Translations under genes and position numbers: made by a program
Source: Octopus vulgaris
Taxonomy: Eukaryota
Assembly: GCA_951406725.2 (NCBI GenBank)
Contig: OX597823.1
Location: 36,456,001 to 36,520,000, forward strand
Length of the DNA stretch: 64,000 bases
Direction: 5' to 3'
The notes under the pieces: model-generated
What the model was told of the DNA's origin: nothing
Database searches by the model: none
What the model saw: the letters and a program-made list of their open reading frames with translations, nothing else
Shown here: in pieces, positions 13,005-25,405 of the stretch
Position numbering within the stretch: position 1 is the first letter of the stretch
How the letters are laid out: each line of letters opens with the position of its first letter

Positions 13005-14165
13005 GCTGGAAAACTTGGAGTGTGGTTACATGACTTCCTGAAAGATAGGAGTCAGGCAGTAGTGGCTAATGGAGCCACCTCTATGAACACACAAATAGTG
13101 AGCGGTGTTCCACTGGGCACGGTCTTGGGACCACTGTTTTTTATAGTGGCGCTCTCAGATATGCCCTCAAATGCCCGGATAGTCACTTTGGCAAGCTATG
13201 CAGATGATACGAAAGTTTCACAGAAAATACAGAACCCCAGCGATGTTGCACACCTGCAGCAGGAATTGGGCTGAGGATAATAATATGCAGTTTAATGCAG
13301 AAAAATTCCAGGCCCTGCGCTACCAGCATCCTAAACTGAATATTAAACCTACAGCCTGTCCACAGGGAATTTCAATTCCAGAGCTGAAGTCAGTGAGGGA
13401 CCTGGGTATCGACATGAGTGATGATACCTCTTTCCAAGTGCACATTACCAGGATGGCGACAAAGTACAGACGACTGGCTGGATGGATCCTAAGAACATTC
13501 AGAACCAGAGAAACCATGATGGTCCTCTGGCGGACATTCGACCTCAGCCGCCTGGATTACTGTTCACAGCTATGGTCACCCACCAGTGTAAAATTAACAG
13601 CGGACCTTGAGGCAATCCAGAGAAGATTCACAAAGAAGATCATCTCTTTGCAACAGCTCAGCTACTGGAAAAGGTTGAAATAGCTAAGACTCTACTCTCT
13701 GGAGAGAAAACGGGAGAGGTTTGCAGTAATATGTATGTGGAAGATCCTGGAAGGAATTGTGCCAAATTTTGGCATTGAAAGCTACACCAATGCCAGAACG
13801 TGACGACACTGCATGGTGCCAAAGATCCCAGCAATGCCATCACGCTTCAGGACCAGTTACTGCAACAGCCTGGGTTTCAAGGGCCCACAGCTTTTTAATA
13901 TTCTCCCAAAGAGTCTGAGGAACTTGCACAAAGTAGATGTAGGGGTTTTTAAATCAAAGCTGGACCTCTTCCTGTCGAGAGCCCCACATGAGCCTACCTC
14001 ACGGCAAGAGGTGCAAATGAGGGTAGCTATATCAAACTCCATTCTTCATCAAGTGCCACATATTAGAGGAGGCTCCTAGTAATAACAGTGTTGCACAAAA
14101 CGGCGGTGCATCAGCATGGCCACAGCTCTGAGCTGAAACTGTAAATAAATAAATAAATAAAAAAT
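13005..14165 (+). mobile_element. 5'-truncated CR1-clade LINE RT pseudogene plus 3' tail
   Basis: SGVPLGTVLGPLFF, YADDTKV, NNMQFNAEKFQ, LDYCSQLWSP and GPQLFNILPK, with a frameshift and stops. Tail (TAAA)n. Confidence 0.92.
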
Positions 14166-14221
14166 AAATATATATATATACATATATATATTTATATATA
14201 TATACATATATATGTATACAT

Positions 14222-14254
<33 letters not shown>

Positions 14255-14313
14255 TATATACATACATATACATATATACACATACATATATGTGTATACA
14301 TATACATGTATAC

Positions 14314-14344
<31 letters not shown>

Positions 14345-14402
14345 CATATACATATATACATATACATGTCCACATACATATATATATATATATTTATACA
14401 TA

Positions 14403-14434
<32 letters not shown>

Positions 14435-14586
14435 CATAGATATATACACATACATATACACATATACATATACATATACACATTACATATATATATATAT
14501 ATATACACACATACATATACACATATACGTATACATATATATATGCGTATACATATATATATGTATACATATATATATATGTATGC

Positions 14587-14639
<53 letters not shown>

Positions 14640-14640
<1 letters not shown>

Positions 14641-14665
14641 CTCTCTATATATATAAACGGCAACA

Positions 14666-14702
<37 letters not shown>

Positions 14703-15378
14703 CCTCTATACAAATCCACAATTTTTCAGTTAGAGGGCTCGCACTTTCTATCGTCATTGAAAACCATCCAAGGGTGGTTGTGAAGATCTTTTTCATTTCC
14801 CAGTTACCCCTGAAAGCCATTAAAACAATTGATAAACCAACCCCTTATGTTTCAGGTAACAAAAGTCTTTAATACAGGGGACATAAGTCACTTAATCCAG
14901 CTGTTTAATCTAAAGATATTAAACCATAGCAAGGGAAATAACTCTTTAAATCTCTGCATTTCCCTCCCTTTGTTATGTATCACACCTCAATACTGTACCA
15001 GACCAATTTATCCAATTAATGACCGGCACTGTCCTGGATTTCTGGATTTTTCAGTTTCCCAGAGAATTTGTAAACGTTTGTTTATAATCTCTGTATCTAT
15101 AAATGGCAAAATGTCTGTTTTTTGATTGGACGGAGATAATTTTACACCTGACAGTTGGATGCCCGTGCGCATTTGCAGACAGTCTGCGCATTTTTGTGTT
15201 TTGCGAAGACGCATTATCATGTACTTTCGCTTTCAAACGTGCAAGCTTTTTTGATTTGAGAAATGCAGGGAATAATTAACGAGTTAGACCAAGTTAATGA
15301 CAAGAGAGAGGGATTTTCATGAAAGACAAAATATGCTTGACTAGCACTAGACCTGACAACGTCGGGTCATAGTGCTAG
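14640..15378 (+). mobile_element. Non-autonomous Helitron
   Basis: 5' end A|TCTCTCTATATATATAAACGGC, shared with 386-755. 3' hairpin GACCTGAC-AAC-GTCGGGTC (15350-15368) followed by CTAG|T. Confidence 0.85.
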
Positions 15379-15498
15379 TATATATATACATATACATACA
15401 TATATATATATATGTATATATCTATATATATATATACATACGTATATATATATATGTATATATATATATATTTATATATGTATATATATATATATTTA

Positions 15499-15563
<65 letters not shown>

Positions 15564-15889
15564 ATGTATATATATGTATGAGGAGAACAAAACGAAAAAG
15601 GAAGATACCAAAGAAGGAAAAATGGCACACTGACTACTTCCAAAAGACAATATGTGGATGTAGTGCACGGTTCAAAAAGGATACTGCATGACCCAACAAA
15701 TGGCCAGCTTCACCCAGATGTGAGAAGGGCAGCAGCTGAACAGCAATGTTTTTTGTGCATGGCACAAAAAAGTGTCCAGCAGCTGACCTGGCTACAAACA
15801 CAAAGCTGGAACTATACCTACCACTACACAAGGCCACCAATCACTGATGCAGGATGGCCACCACAAACACCAACACACATGTCACAAAA

Positions 15890-17995
15890 ATATTTCTGCT
15901 AAACGTAGGAGGGCTGTTGCACGGCAACTGTAAAAGGAAGATCTCATTCCTGAGAGACCTTGTGGCATGCAATCAAGCTCTGTGCATGGCACTCACAGAA
16001 ACACATCTTGGATCTGATATAGGGGATGCAGAAATAAACATACCGCAATATGTTGTCATACACTCAAATAAAGAAGAGAGGAGTCATGTTGGAGTTGCAG
16101 TGTACATCCGAGATGACCTCACGCCCCCAGGTCCTGCTCTCATATTCAAACTCAGTGTGTGACACTCAAATTGAATATCAAAGACAACTGAATATCATCA
16201 TATGTACTACATATCACCCACCGGATGCCCCAAATTACACAGGCATGTTTGAAGGATGCCTAACAAAAATGGAAGTTCTCACCAAACTGGAACAACACAA
16301 CAGTGTATTCTTCATGGGTGACTTTAACTTCCCCAATGTGAATGGCCTGGGGGGCAGATACTCCCAGGGATGACACACCATCAGCAAGCACAAGCAGAGT
16401 CCCTGCTCCACCTCACAAATGCCTCTTTCATAGAGCAAATTGTGCTGCAACCAACCAGATCAAATAATATACTGGATCTCTGCTTAACAAACAATATGGA
16501 CATCATCCATAATGTTAAAGTGATGCCGACATTGGTCTTGGATCACAACATAATAGAGCTGTCTATGTATGGACCAAAAGCCCCCGTAGATGCACAGCCT
16601 ATACAAAGCATCCACAATCTCTCCAAACTAAACTTTCATAAAACAAATTGGAAGTTGATTGAGAAATAGATCCTCAAACAGGATTGGCCTAAATGTCTTT
16701 CCACACCAGACATTGGCATGAAACACAAACATTTCATGTCCATAATACAAGCCATATGTGACAAATATGTCTCAGTGTGCAGGGCCAGCACACACAAAAA
16801 CAGGATCCCTAGGGAAAGGAAGATTCTTATGAGACAACAGACAAGGATTGCGAGCCGCCTGAGCAAGCACACCAATATCAGTTATCCAATATACTGCTGG
16901 TAAAGTACCCAAATACTAAATACATAAATGCTTTCAATTGCAATGCAATTAATTCATTTATTGTATTAAATGGGTGAAGGTAAAAAATATTTTTACTGTA
17001 AATCATTTCGTTCATCAACTTATGGATATTACAATTTCACATTATTTATTGATTATACAAAAGGGAACATCAAAATCGAACAAAACAATATACATCAATA
17101 TGTAATATAATACTAAAAATTATACAAATAAACTGCTCCTTACAGCTGTTTCAGCCTATGGTCAAGAGTCAATTCAATTTATATTGCCTACAGATGTCAG
17201 TGTATTATGGTTTTTATGTATATATATATGATGGAGATGGAAAAAAGGCTGCAACAATCCTATGTGAGGGAGAAAGCAGACAAAGAAGCCTGGGTTATAA
17301 AAAACATTAAGTCAAACCCAAAGGACTTCTTTCATTATGCGAAAGAAACAGCCTCAGTACACTGCAAGATCCAAAAGGATGGTTCCCTCGCAGACGGTCC
17401 AACTAAGATCAGTGAGATACTGAATGACCAGTTCAAAAGTGTCTTTACCATCCCGTAGGAGCACAGACAAGTGAACGAACCAGTGGACTTCTTTGCTGCC
17501 TCACCTATAACCAGCAAGGCAGTTACAATGGGATACATTGACATTAGCGAAGAAGATATACTACTAGCCTTAGATGAAGTGGACACAAACTCAACTGCTG
17601 GTCCTGATGGTTTCCCAGCAATCCTCCTCAAATTGTGTAAGCATGCCCTGGCAAAACCCCTCTAGATTCTCTTCCAGAGCTTTCTTACAAATGGCAAACT
17701 GTCAAGCAAGTTGAAGGAGGGAATAATATGCCCAATACATTAAGTGGGAAGTAGAGCAGATGCCAAAAGATGCGGATATTCGTCCTCAGCCGCCTGGATT
17801 ACTGCTCACAGCTATGGTCACCCACCAGTGTAAAATTAACAGCGGACCTTGAAACAATCCAGAGAAGATTCACAAAGAAGATTGTCTCTTTGCAACAGCT
17901 CAGCTACTGGGAAAGGTTGAAACAGCTAAGACTCTACACCCTGGAGAGAAAACGGGAGAGGTATGCAGTAATATATATGTGGAAGATCCTGGAAT
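15890..17995 (+). mobile_element. Decayed CR1-clade LINE ORF2 (APE endonuclease plus partial RT), interrupted at about 16880-17228 and internally deleted at about 17768
   Basis: APE motifs LNVGGL, LTETHL, GVAVYI, YHPP, MGDFNFP, PTRSNNILDL and DHNII. RT N-terminal NPKDFFHY and AGPDGFP. It then jumps to LDYCSQLWSP, nearly identical to 13529-13750. Confidence 0.9.
16880..17228 (-). mobile_element. AT-rich insertion in the CR1 element, possibly Penelope pLTR-derived
   Basis: Interrupts CR1 coding sequence. The minus strand carries GAAACAGCUGUA (hammerhead-like 3' half with palindromic ACAGCUGU) but no recognisable CUGANGA. Confidence 0.4.
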
Positions 17996-18589
17996 TCTTC
18001 TTTTCCTCTGCTCTGTTACCAATCACTCCAGACGATGTTCAGTGTAGTGGATCTTTTGTTGATACTGACATAGAAGTGCGGTTCCTTGTACACTGTAAAA
18101 CATGTATTTTTATTAGGAATTGTGATCAAGGAGGCCAATAGGAGGAAGAAAGAGCAATGATAGCAAAAAACCCAGAATGGGTGGATGAAGTGAGTTAATG
18201 TATGGTTGTAGAGACAGAGTTATTAGAGTAAAAGCAGGAGAGGAATGATGTTCAGAAGTGGGTGATAGATAACAGTAGAAGTGGCCTAGAGAAGAGAGCG
18301 AGTCATGATTGACAGTACAGAAAGAGTGAAGTGAGAGTGTATTGGGTAAAGATAGTTCGGTGCAGTGAAAGCTGAGGGTGATAGAACAATGAGGATGACA
18401 GTAGAAAGGACTTGAGGGATTGAATGCTGGTAGGCCATGTACCATTTGTTATGTGAACAGTACAAGTAATTGGGAGGTTAGTAGTAGAGATGTGGGTGCT
18501 AGGAAGGAAGGAGGGAGATGAGTAATATATAAAGAAGGAATCAAGGATGTAAATAGTGGCGTACATACACATGTGTATGTAGGCCTCTT

Positions 18590-18770
18590 TGTATTTGTTT
18601 CTAACTGCTTGACAAATGTTGTTGGTTTGTCCCCATAACTTAGCAGTTTGACAGAAAGAAACTGACAGAACAAGTACCAGACTTCAAATGAGTACTATAG
18701 TTGATTTGATTGATTAAAGACTTTAAGGTGATGCAGTAGTGAGGCTTTTCACTGAAACAAGTAAAAGAAT
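18590..18770 (+). mobile_element. SINE family A, decayed 3' part
   Basis: CTTGACAA..GTTGGT..CCCCATAACTTAGCAGTT...ACTGAAACAAGTAAAAGA. Confidence 0.7.
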
Positions 18771-20119
18771 AAATATAAATTTATTTACTCTTGTTATCCC
18801 TCTGTAATTCATGACTTCTATGCTTTTACCGACATTGCTGCATATTCCATACTAATCCAATTGTTGGTCTTTTATTTCAATTACCAAATGTTGTTAGTAT
18901 ATAGTAACACTAATGTAAAGCTGTAAGCAAACACTTTCTTCAGATTATAATTTTCTTATTAAGTAGGAAAAGAACAAAAGTAAATAAATTATATGCTGAA
19001 TTATCTTCTCTTTATCTGCTTCTACATGTTGGTTTAGTTTTAGATTAAATAACTTCCTTTATTTGTTACTTCCTAAACGACTGTTTCACCCTCCCCTCTT
19101 CTCCCATCCTCTGTTTCCTCTTTTTAGTTTCATTTCACTGTTTTTTACTAATCTTACATCACTGGTTTGTTTAGTAGTGAATTTGGATCTGATTTGACAT
19201 GACATAAATAATTAAAACCATCTGTAATTTTAAACAATTCAACTGGAGCTTCAATATTTTAAAATTTTGTAGCATTCTTCATGTTTAAATCTTATTTTTA
19301 CCTTTCCCCTTAGTTTTTGTTCTTTCTCAAATGTAATCTTTTGCTTGTCAGTAAAATTTTTTACCTTTACTTCAAAATATGTCTATCCATCAGTTCCCTA
19401 TCATTTAAGAAATGTTTTGGAAACATCTGCATTATTTTGCATGTGAGGTGTTAGTTTTTAGGTTATGCTCATCTGTTGGTAATGTGTAGTTCTCTCTCTC
19501 TCTCTCTCTGCCCACCTCCTAAATGCCAGTTTAAGCTAAGCTGTAACATTTGATATTTGCTGTGAATGAAGAGAACTGCCATTGAGAGAGTGGCATTAGG
19601 AATTTTCTGTTAATCATAGTTGGAAGCAAGAAAGAAACTTGATAATATTTGTTTAGTTGTGTATCTGTATGGTTCATTCCCTTTCTTCTTAATTCTGTTG
19701 ACGTTGACTGCTGCAATTATTAGTCACCTCTCACCACTGCTGTGCCTTTTGGCTGTTAAACTGCACACAGGGGTATATATAGGTTAGAGGTTTTTTCAGG
19801 TTTGGAAAGGGTCTCTTACAATTAGAAAAGATCCCTCCCACTTAATTAAAAAGAAAATATTTGACACAACAAGCTGTTTTCAGTCATTTTCATGTTTCCA
19901 AATTTTTTTCATTTCCTCCTACTGAGTCTTATTGGAGCTAATTCCATCTTATTATCCTTATTCTGCTCCCTCTTCTAATGGGGTTATGCAGTGCACTTTC
20001 TGTTTCAGATAGATGAAAAATAAAGTATTATTATACTAGGAGTGTATAAGATCAGTCCAAAAAGAAATCAAACTTTCTAAAAAGAAATTTAATGTTTTAC
20101 TTAATCAAACTTGTCTCTT

Positions 20120-20650
20120 TCAAAATTGCCTCTATCCACTGTTCAGATGCCACACAATGTTTTTTTCCAGTTTTGAAACATGTTTCCAGAGGTAGTGCAC
20201 ATGAAATGATGACCTTGCAGCATGGGATTTCAGTACTGGGAGTTAAAACAGGCTGCAGGGCTCAAATTGTGAGAGTAGGGCAGCTGGGAGGTGGAAGTTA
20301 GCTTTACCAAAACATCAGGAATAAGGAGTGACATGTGATCAGGTGTAGTGTTGTGGCACATCACCCTGGTTTTGTCAATGAGAGCAGGTGTGATGTGGTG
20401 TAGTCTCTAGCTGTTTTTTTCCAAACCTCACATCGTTTCCTTTGCACTGCTTCTCTCAGGACATCCAAGAAAAATTCATAACTGATTATTTAACCACATG
20501 AAGCAAACACATGATAAAATCTGCCCCTTCAATCAAAAAAGAGGTTTTCACGTTTAAATGACTGTGCCATGCATGTTTTGCAGAAATGAGGATGCAGCCC
20601 ACTCTGATGATTGCTTTTAGCTGTGACCCATACTTTATCTGGTTTGGTAT
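20120..20650 (-). pseudogene. Highly decayed mariner transposase fragment
   Basis: Minus-strand translations FLDVLREAVQRKRCEVW and HNTTPDHMSLL...QLPYSHNLSPA...MLQGHHF resemble the mariner motifs LREAVRRKRPELW, HDNAPAH, PYSPDLAP and LKGRRF. Confidence 0.6.
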
Positions 20651-21493
20651 TTTCAGAAACTTTTTATCAACATTCAAATAGTTGAGTAGTTCCAGTCTGA
20701 CTGATTTGGTTCTCTTTTTTTTCCTATTAGTAGATGTGATACAAATTTTACTGCTGCAAAATGTACCTTCAGTTTCTCTTAAAAAAATTATGTGGTTTGA
20801 ACTTTTATAGATGTCAACTTCTTAGGAAACTTTATGGACAGTCAGGTGACAATTTTCACAGATAACTACAAGTACTTCCACTATCGTGGAAGGCTATCCA
20901 GATTTGGGATTGTTTTGTTGAATGTTCTTCCCAATTTCAAATGCTGGTACCATATACCACATTGTGTATAGCTCAGTCCTCCCAAAAGACTTGTAACATT
21001 AGAAATATTTCCATGGTTCTTTCTACTTCAAACATTTTCATACAGGCATGTTGCTCCTTCAAATTGCAAAGTGCATTAAACACATGCTCAGCTAAGCATC
21101 TATAGATAAAGCTATCATAAGTACTGCAGTCACAAGCACATTGTGCCAGTTGGTTGGTGCACCATTTAAAAGTGGTCTCTTTTGTGACTTATTTGCTACA
21201 TGTATATAATCATGATGATTATATCATTTTACATGTACTTTATCATACTTTCATGGGTTTGACATGTACTTTCCTGGCACTTCTTTACTCATCTGTTATT
21301 GTCCATACACATTGCATATCCTTACTAATACAATTTTCTCTCTTACTCACTACAACTGTTTTCTTCTCTTGTTTTATTTCTCAGCTCATATCTTATTCAG
21401 ATACATTAACATAACATATCCAGCAGAACATGTTTGCATGTGTTGTTGTTGTTACTTCTGTCAACATATTGTATGTTCACTTCATGCTTTTAA

Positions 21494-22009
21494 GGACCTG
21501 TGAGATAAGAAAAGATGCAAACTAAACCATTGTATATATAATCATATTATAATATGGCTTGTCATTGCGTTACTTAGCCCATTGGTAATTCTTTCACATG
21601 ATTAGAGTAAAAGAGGGAGAAAGAAGCATCCATGACGTGAGGTAGAGGGAATGTAATTGTAGCACTTTCTCATGGTTAGTTGAAGGGAAAAAGAGGAGAA
21701 ATAAAAAGAGGATAAGGGAAGAGTGAGTCAGAAAGAGGGAGAGACAAGCATCCATGATGTGAGATAGGGGGAATATAATATTTATTATGTGACTAAAAAA
21801 GTTAGTTGAAGGTAGAGGAGGAGAGTTAAAAATATAATTTTAGCAGAGGAGTGATGTTCTGATGGTGAGGTGAAGGAACAGCAGAGAGAGAGAGTGGGGT
21901 GGGAGACAAAGAGAGTGATGATGGTGGTGGTGATTGGATTGTGAATAAGTGTATTTTTAAAAAATTGAACTAAGTTTTTTATATCACCTATCTCTTATCT
22001 CATAAGTGC
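21494..22009. mobile_element. Putative MITE (about 515 bp)
   Basis: Imperfect 19-bp TIRs GGACCTGTGAGATAAGAAA / TCTCTTATCTCATAAGTGC (15/19 match). Internal direct repeat of about 44 bp at about 21613 and 21735. Confidence 0.4.
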
Positions 22010-23644
22010 AATTCTGTGAAATATTCATGCTTATTTATGTGGCAGATATATGCAATTTAACTAAAGGTTGTATCATATGTATGGGATATTTTCTTTTTTG
22101 TTCATGGGAAAAATGGAAAAATAAGATTGAATATTTATTTTATGAATGCTGTATATTAAGTCTATAAAATTGTTCATAAAGTATATAAAGTAATCATCAT
22201 ATTCCAATTTCTTTCACTTTTCAGTGAGTAACAAATGAGTGACTATCTATCCATACAGACAGGACACAGGCTACGCTTTCAGGTTTTTAGATAAAGTTCA
22301 GAAATAACCCAATAGGTTTACCATTAATTCCATGAAATATTCACAGGTCCTGCTAGTAATAGTAATAATAGTTATTGTAGTAAAGTGCAAACAACTTTGA
22401 ATACGTAGTGAATTTTGAGAGAAAATTGACTATCTGCATTCTTTGATTAAGAAGCTTTGGCTTGGAAATTTTTGTCATATTTTCAGTTTGATGGTGAGTG
22501 GTAGAGAGGTGTGATGTTGATATGGACCATGTTTTGATGGCCATGTTTACATGTGATTGGAGAACGTTTGGATACTTTCAATACAAAGAAGTCAATACTG
22601 AAAGTAAAATAATATAGATATTTCAGACACTACTTTACTATTTCTGACTCTCTTACAATATCCATCACCATCATTTTACATCCTGCTCTACTGTTCCCAG
22701 CAACTATCAATAGTCATGTCTATCCTGTACTGCCTCTGTTCACCATCACTTTACAAAGTATTCTATGCGTATTTTAACATGGTACCAGCATAAGTGAGGA
22801 CTAAATAATACTCTTTACCCTATGTGGTCTCTGCTTGTCCCATGTGTCTTACCTTTTTGTACAAGTGCAACACAACCCTTATTGTTGATTAACATGTTTA
22901 ATTATGTAACACTTCTGCAATTTGCTTTTTACAACCTTAATGTTTATTTCAATTTTTGTTCTAAATACCTATTCCCAAATTGTCTTCCTATGGTGATTTA
23001 TTTTCAGAGTATTGAACTTCAAAACAAAGTTGAAATTGCAATAATAATATAAGCTCAATAGGGTCTTTTCATCCCTTTAAATCATTTAAGCGTTCCCCCT
23101 ATAAAAATTAATTTTTAATCACTAAAATAGAGACGGTATAAGTTTTGTCAGACCATTCATTCTAGCCCCAATCTATAGTGCAAGTTGTTATGCTACCTTA
23201 GTACAGTTGTAATACTGTGACTGTTAAATGTTAATCACTGAACAGGCCCAACTCTCTATTAAAAAAAAACTGAAAGAGACATGTTTTTGATAAACAGGCA
23301 AAATTAATTTTTGCCAAATTCCTCTATTTTACAATAGGTATATTTATATCTAACGACTTTAAATTTAAACATATTAACCTATCAACCTAATAAAAATACT
23401 CAACATAATAATACTCATTTTAATGTTATGTATAGCTTTAACTAAATTTAAAGAAATTTATCTAATAAACCATTAAGAAACATTATTTAACAAAACATAC
23501 TATATAAAGACAAAAGAATAATGCAGGCCCCCAGCTGATTCTTAAGTCAGTAAGTAGAGGAATGTAACTCAATAAATACTGGCATGGCACTCCAAAAACC
23601 ATTCTGTTTCTGGCAACCTGCTGTCCTAATGATAACAATAATAA

Positions 23645-24050
23645 TCCTTTATTATAAGGCCTGAAAATTTGGAGGAAGGGATTAAGTTGATTACATTGAC
23701 CTTAGTGCGTAACTGGTACTTATTTAATCGACCCTGAAAGGATAAGAAACAGAATTTAAACTCAGAACATAGCAACAGAGAAAATGTTGCTAAGCGTTTC
23801 ATCAATGATTCTACCTGCTCACCGCTATAATAATAGTAATAATCCTTTTTACAAAAGGCACAAGGCCAACAGTTTTTTTTATGGAAAGGATAAGTTGATT
23901 ATATTGACCCCAGTATTCAACTGGTACTTATATTGACTATGAAAGGCAAAGTTAACCTTGGCAGAATTTGAACTCGGAATGTAAAGACGGATGAAATGCC
24001 ACTAAGCATTTTGTCCAGTATGTTTATGATCCTGCCTGCTCACCACCTTA
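23645..24050 (-). mobile_element. Two tandem copies of tRNA-derived SINE family B in a (TAA)n tract
   Basis: Copies at about 23645-23827 and 23862-24050 share ATTGACC..AGT...AACTGGTACTTA and AGAATTT.AACTC.GAA, and are separated and flanked by TAA repeats. B-box-like GAGTTCAAATTC on the minus strand. Confidence 0.75.
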
Positions 24051-24784
24051 ATAATAATAATAACTACATTAATAATTTCTAATTTAGGGACATTGGTATG
24101 TGATATTGATAACAGAAAGGAGGAGGGCATTTATCTTTCTTTAGTAATTATTGAAAGGGTTGATTTATAGATCTTTACAGAATGATGTAGTATAGGTCTA
24201 GCAGTTCATACATTTGTTAACTGTTTAAACACTTCAGTCAGCCTCATGTGCAAAGCTTCAAATATAAAGTGTTAAGCATTTTTTCTCTGTTTGATATTTT
24301 TTATTCCACCATTCAAGTGTTGTTCTCTGTTGCAGCCTGATAAGTGGACACAGCTTTAGTCAGTGCCTTGCTCATGATATAATAGTAGTGTAGTAGTAGC
24401 TACACTACTCAAACTCAAGAGGTTGATACTTATTTCATTCCACTGTTGTACCTGCTCTCTTCAACACATGTGTCCAATCAGGTTTCTTAAATGTTTGAGT
24501 AGCATACACAAAAGAAGGAGGATTGTGCAACCTGGTAATATCACACACTATTTTGTTTGAAGGAGGAGCGCTGAAGTTTTTAATAGGTTTTAAAACTAAA
24601 CAACAGTTCAAAACATTTCTATTTTTAATTGGAGACAAGGGAAATAATTTCTTATCTTTAAGATTTACATCCTGCTTCTTCGTCTTTTTTTCAAATTCGC
24701 TATGTGTTGAATAGAAAACTCCAGGCAAACCATATGTTGTTCAGGCTTTTTGTTGTCTACATGTTTTACTTTTTGAGCTATTGA

Positions 24785-24950
24785 CATGCAGGCATGATAG
24801 TGTAGGTAAAAGTCTGCTTTCCAGCCACATGGTTTCAGGTTCAATCATACTGCGAGGCACCTTGGGCAAGAATCTTATACAGTAGTCCCAGACTGACTAA
24901 AGCTTTGTGAGTTGGTTTGGTTGACAAAAACCTAAAGAAGTCCATTGTGT
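24785..24950 (+). mobile_element. SINE family A head
   Basis: GCAGGCATG..AGTGT.GGTAA...GGTTCAATC...CACCTTGGGCAAG. Confidence 0.7.
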
Positions 24951-25063
24951 GTATATATATATATATATATATAGGGAGAGTTTACGAAAAAAACTAAAGA
25001 TGAAGACAGGTGGTGTACAAAACAAACAGATGTATTAGCATAATGCTCAGGAATAGAAAAAGT

Positions 25064-25099
25064 CTTTTACGTTTTGAGCCTATGTTCTTCTACAGAAAG
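25064..25099 (-). ncRNA. Decayed minimal hammerhead-like motif in a Penelope pLTR-like remnant (about 24972-25201)
   Basis: Minus strand reads CUUU-CUGUAGA-A-GAAC-AUAG-GCUC-AAAA-CGUA-AAAG. Same layout and similar flanks as 12888-12920, but the core is mutated. Confidence 0.4.
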
Positions 25100-25230
25100 G
25101 GACACAGAAAAAAAACAAGGAGAGAAAAAAAATGTGTGTAGTGGCTAACAATCTATCATGGCGTCATGATGTAGTGGCTAACGATCTATCATAGCGTCAT
25201 GGTGTCAGTGTTCTGTCTGCCTGTCTGTCT

Positions 25231-25281
25231 ATTTTCTTCTATCTATCTTTCTATCTATCTATCTTTCTATCTATCTATCTT

Positions 25282-25320
<39 letters not shown>

Positions 25321-25405
25321 ATATATCTATCTATCTTTCTATCTATCTATCTATCTTTCTACCTATCTATCTATCTTTCTTTCTTTCTATCTTTCTATCT
25401 ATCTT
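25231..25405. repeat. (TCTA)n/(TCTT)n microsatellite
   Basis: Direct reading. Confidence 0.95.

Larger units (their letters stand above)
1..15580. repeat. Compound (TA)n-derived micro/minisatellite field (TATG, TATGCA, TGCATGTACA, TACG variants), interrupted by transposon insertions
   Basis: Near-pure purine/pyrimidine alternation in arrays at about 1-255, 756-1257, 1778-2572, 3480-3670, 3958-4352, 4862-6738, 7117-7795, 8058-9355, 9799-10186, 11197-11840, 14165-14639 and 15379-15580. Some have higher-order units, e.g. 30-bp ATATATATGTATATATGTGCATGTATATGC at about 1100-1256. Confidence 0.97.

Noticed and set aside
18-15668. Dozens of long overlapping ORFs (up to 568 aa) rich in Y/I/M/C/V/H
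   Set aside because: Alternating purine-pyrimidine microsatellites cannot contain TAA/TAG/TGA, so all frames are open. These are not genes.
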